A stretch of 63,999 nt of DNA, counting the filler, from Pelomyxa schiedti (taxonomy: Eukaryota; Protista; Evosea): the NCBI GenBank assembly GCA_020536535.1. It is 7 parts of 7 records of this genome, joined end to end, with 100 filler letters (N's around TTAATTAATTAA, not from the genome) between each part and the next. Parts side by side here need not be neighbours in the genome. Positions count along the whole stretch, not along the records: positions 61,584 to 62,824 come from JAHLWZ010002658.1; positions 62,925 to 63,999 come from JAHLWZ010002883.1; 5 more parts are not named here. One strand, written 5' to 3'. Below, one piece after another: positions 61,585-63,999 of this stretch. Position numbers and translations under genes: made by a program. Within the stretch, counting starts at the first letter, position 1; each line of letters begins with the position of its first letter. Below the pieces are notes generated by a model. That model made no database searches and was not told the origin of the DNA. It worked only from the letters and a program-made list of their open reading frames with translations.

Positions 61585-61938
61585 ATGCAGTGCTTTTTCA
61601 CATGCTTACCAACAACAAACGCAGCTGTGCGAGGTGGTTGTTCAACAGATTCAAATTCACTCTTCCCCAGGTATTCTTCCTGTTCCCCTCCCTTCCCTAC
61701 TCACACACACACTCACACACAGTTCCTTTCTGCAAATGAGCAAATTCTTTGCTTTGAACAACAAGTGGACTTTGCCACATGGAAGTTGATGCTGAAGCTT
61801 TTCCCAGACATCACAAGGGATGTTGTCATCCATTACTTCATGAGATTTGTGCTTTCATCACCCCTTCACACACAGTTCACAATGGACAAGCTTGGTGTCA
61901 CTCAGGATGACATTGATGAGTTCAACAGAAATTTCTAA
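61585..61938 (+). CDS. C-terminal fragment of a lineage-specific, probably ankyrin-like family gene
   Basis: Coding-like stretch ending WKLMLKLFPDITRDVV...FNRNF*. Confidence 0.4.
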   Translation: MQCFFTCLPTTNAAVRGGCSTDSNSLFPRYSSCSPPFPTHTHTHTQFLSANEQILCFEQQVDFATWKLMLKLFPDITRDVVIHYFMRFVLSSPLHTQFTMDKLGVTQDDIDEFNRNF

Positions 61939-62009
61939 ATTACGAGAATACAACATTTCTTTTCATTAACTAGTACATACAAAAGTACTGTCATGGAGCA
62001 GCATGTTAG

Positions 62010-62510
62010 CTTCTGTGGGAAGAGAATAAAGCCCCACAGAGGAAAAAGAACGAAAGAGAGTATGAGTGTAAAGGTTCTCTTGCTTGTTCTCGTGCTTGGG
62101 TTGCACGTGTTCACAGGGTAATTATTTTGGTGTGGTTAGGTGCGGTTAGCTTCGAAGCCACGCTGTTGTCCAATTCTCATCGAGATTACCTTAGAATCAA
62201 TCACCACTGCAGTCCGCATTAGTGCGTTCTGCTTCTCATAAGCTCGTCACTGCCTTGTTCCAGTCCAAGCCTGGATTGGATCTCGAATCGAGATTCGGAC
62301 AGAGTCCGCAGAGTGTCCATGGAGCTAATGCTTGTGTACTTGCTAAAGTCCCCGCCTTATAAAGGCCAGAATCACTCCTGATTCAGGTGTCGCCTGAATC
62401 TCCACAGGGATGATTCGAGGTAGTTTTCCCAGAAATCCATCAGTGAACCGGAACGGAGATTCTTAGAACTACAGGGACCACTAGTCTCTAAGAGTAATAA
62501 ATAAAAAAAC
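62010..62510 (+). ncRNA. Candidate highly structured non-coding RNA or SINE-like element, family unassigned
   Basis: About ten adjacent hairpins, several needing G-U pairs on the plus strand; candidate pseudoknot; AATAAA-A7 tail; no ORF of 60 aa or more. Confidence 0.5.
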
Positions 62511-62576
62511 TCTTCTGTTGGTATTCGCCACAAAGTGTCGTTCCTTATTTTATTCTGTTTATTTTGTTAAACAACG

Positions 62577-62824
62577 ATGACAACTTCAAGGGCCCTAACG
62601 ACTGCGAGGGAGGAGAAAAAACAACACATCTTGGGTATCTCAAGGGTTGTGTGGGATCTTGTGGTACTGCCGTGGGTGCTCCAACCGGCCATCGCCCGTC
62701 GCCACCTGGGCCGCGAGCTCCCGCGCCCCGCGGCGTCGTGCGTGCTCGCCACCGCGGAGGCCATGTTCCCCCTGGTGGCCCTGGCCTCCCGCGCGGTCGC
62801 CCCCTCGTCGGCCTGCCGCGGGTC
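62577..62824 (+). CDS. N-terminal fragment of a lineage-specific family protein
   Basis: GC-rich ORF MTTSRA...ISRVVWDLVVLPW...AEAMFPLVALA running into the linker. Confidence 0.55.
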
Positions 62825-63210
62825 NNNNNNNNNNNNNNNNNNNNNNNNNNNNNNNNNNNNNNNNNNNNTTAATTAATTAANNNNNNNNNNNNNNNNNNNN
62901 NNNNNNNNNNNNNNNNNNNNNNNNGGCAGCGTGTACCCATTTGGGTGAAAAAGTTCGCAAACCTCGAGCGAACCCGTTGCAGCGCGACATCAAACCGAAC
63001 TTTGTTTCCAAATTGGTCAATGTTCCTGTAAACTGTTTTTGGGTCAGAGATTCATTCTGTAGGCCTGTCCGTCAGCAGGAATTTTCCATGGAATGGGACA
63101 ATTAATTATGTCCAATATTACCAGTAATATTAGAGTGGAAGTTGTGGTTGGCTTAGAAGCGAGGCATTTCAAGCAAAGTTGAACGAAAACACTCGAGCAC
63201 CGCGAAAAAC

Positions 63211-63999
63211 ATGGGAGACGACAACGACGTTTCTCGTGTGAGTTGCGGCGTGTGTGGTCGCCTCTACGACTGCTGCGAGTCCCCTCTCGCTCTGCCTACA
63301 CCAACCACATCTCCGAACGCAGCTACACCAACAACAACAGCAACGACGACAACGACTCCAAAAGCCGACGCCCCAACCACCACCGCCTCCTCCGCGGCCT
63401 CCGCCTCCTCCGACTTGTTGTTGTTGTCCTCATCATCATCCGGGGTGCCGGTTGTAATGCCGTGCGGGTGCGGGCACACGGTGTGCGCGGGGTGCGCCGA
63501 CGCAGGCAGATCCCTCGCCATCCTGTGTGGTGGTTCCGCCGGTGGCTGGCCTGGCACCAGTGGGACACACCAACAAGAGGAACCAGGGTTTTTGGAAACT
63601 GTTGGGCATCGTCATCACCCCGGAGCTGGAATGACGTCACCAGCACCACCTTCCACCAACGTAATCTGAATTACTTGTTAATACTTAATCACAATTACAT
63701 ATTTATTTACTACTTATAAGACGAAATGATAAACCATTGCCGTACTTAGTGTTTAGTATTATCAGTTCTAGTATGTTGAATAGAAATTCTATTGAGAGGG
63801 CTGTGTTACACAAATGTAGCGTTAGAGTGCATTCACTGTTGTTTGACAGGTTCGTGCTGCTGTTGGAACAAGCAAAACTTTCGGGGTTTCTGCTGCTGTG
63901 ACTGATGATCCAATCAAGTGTCTTCTGTGTGGGGCTGTTGGTGTTGTTCCAAGCTCCCTGAGGACAATTGAGGCCCTCACTGTCAACGAGTCTCTGTTC
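63211..63999 (+). CDS. RING-finger protein, 5' part (multi-exon)
   Basis: CGVC...PVVMPCGCGHTVCAGC, with a likely final CLLC pair in a downstream exon (~63918). Confidence 0.6.

Noticed and set aside
62134-62150. GGTTAGGTGCGGTTAG as a telomerase template (minus strand) or group II intron 5' end (GTGCG)
   Set aside because: It lies inside a plus-strand helix, no domain V is visible and the telomere repeat is unknown; unsupported on its own

Overview
Eukaryotic, gene-dense protist DNA with short GT-AG introns and GC-rich low-complexity first exons. The gene content (Roco kinase, amoebozoan 34-kDa actin-bundling protein, large lineage-specific families) suggests an archamoeba, probably Pelomyxa-like; this is an inference. 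The window is not contiguous: seven scaffold pieces are joined by artificial N-TTAATTAATTAA-N linkers, and four 100-N gap regions carry duplicated flanks. Recognisable genes: ArfGAP, double HMG-box protein, Pho80/U-type cyclin, a Ser/Thr kinase, ADF/cofilin-like, two paralogous MGNT-kinase genes (one with a Sel1 array), VPS9 GEF, a divergent Ran paralog, Roco, Sel1 proteins, AbpB-like, START domain, C1 domain, MPP10, RING protein and several intronless orphan-family genes. Most notable: (1) a ~490-nt ORF-poor, densely folding element with a candidate pseudoknot at 62010-62510 that I cannot assign to a known RNA; (2) a tandem [tRNA-Glu(TTC) + intronless orphan ORF] cassette with identical tRNAs but diverged ORFs; (3) a PINK1-like kinase fused to a Sel1 array with variable positions, both copies lying head-to-head with conserved genes; (4) an isolated 3' half of tRNA-Arg(TCG).
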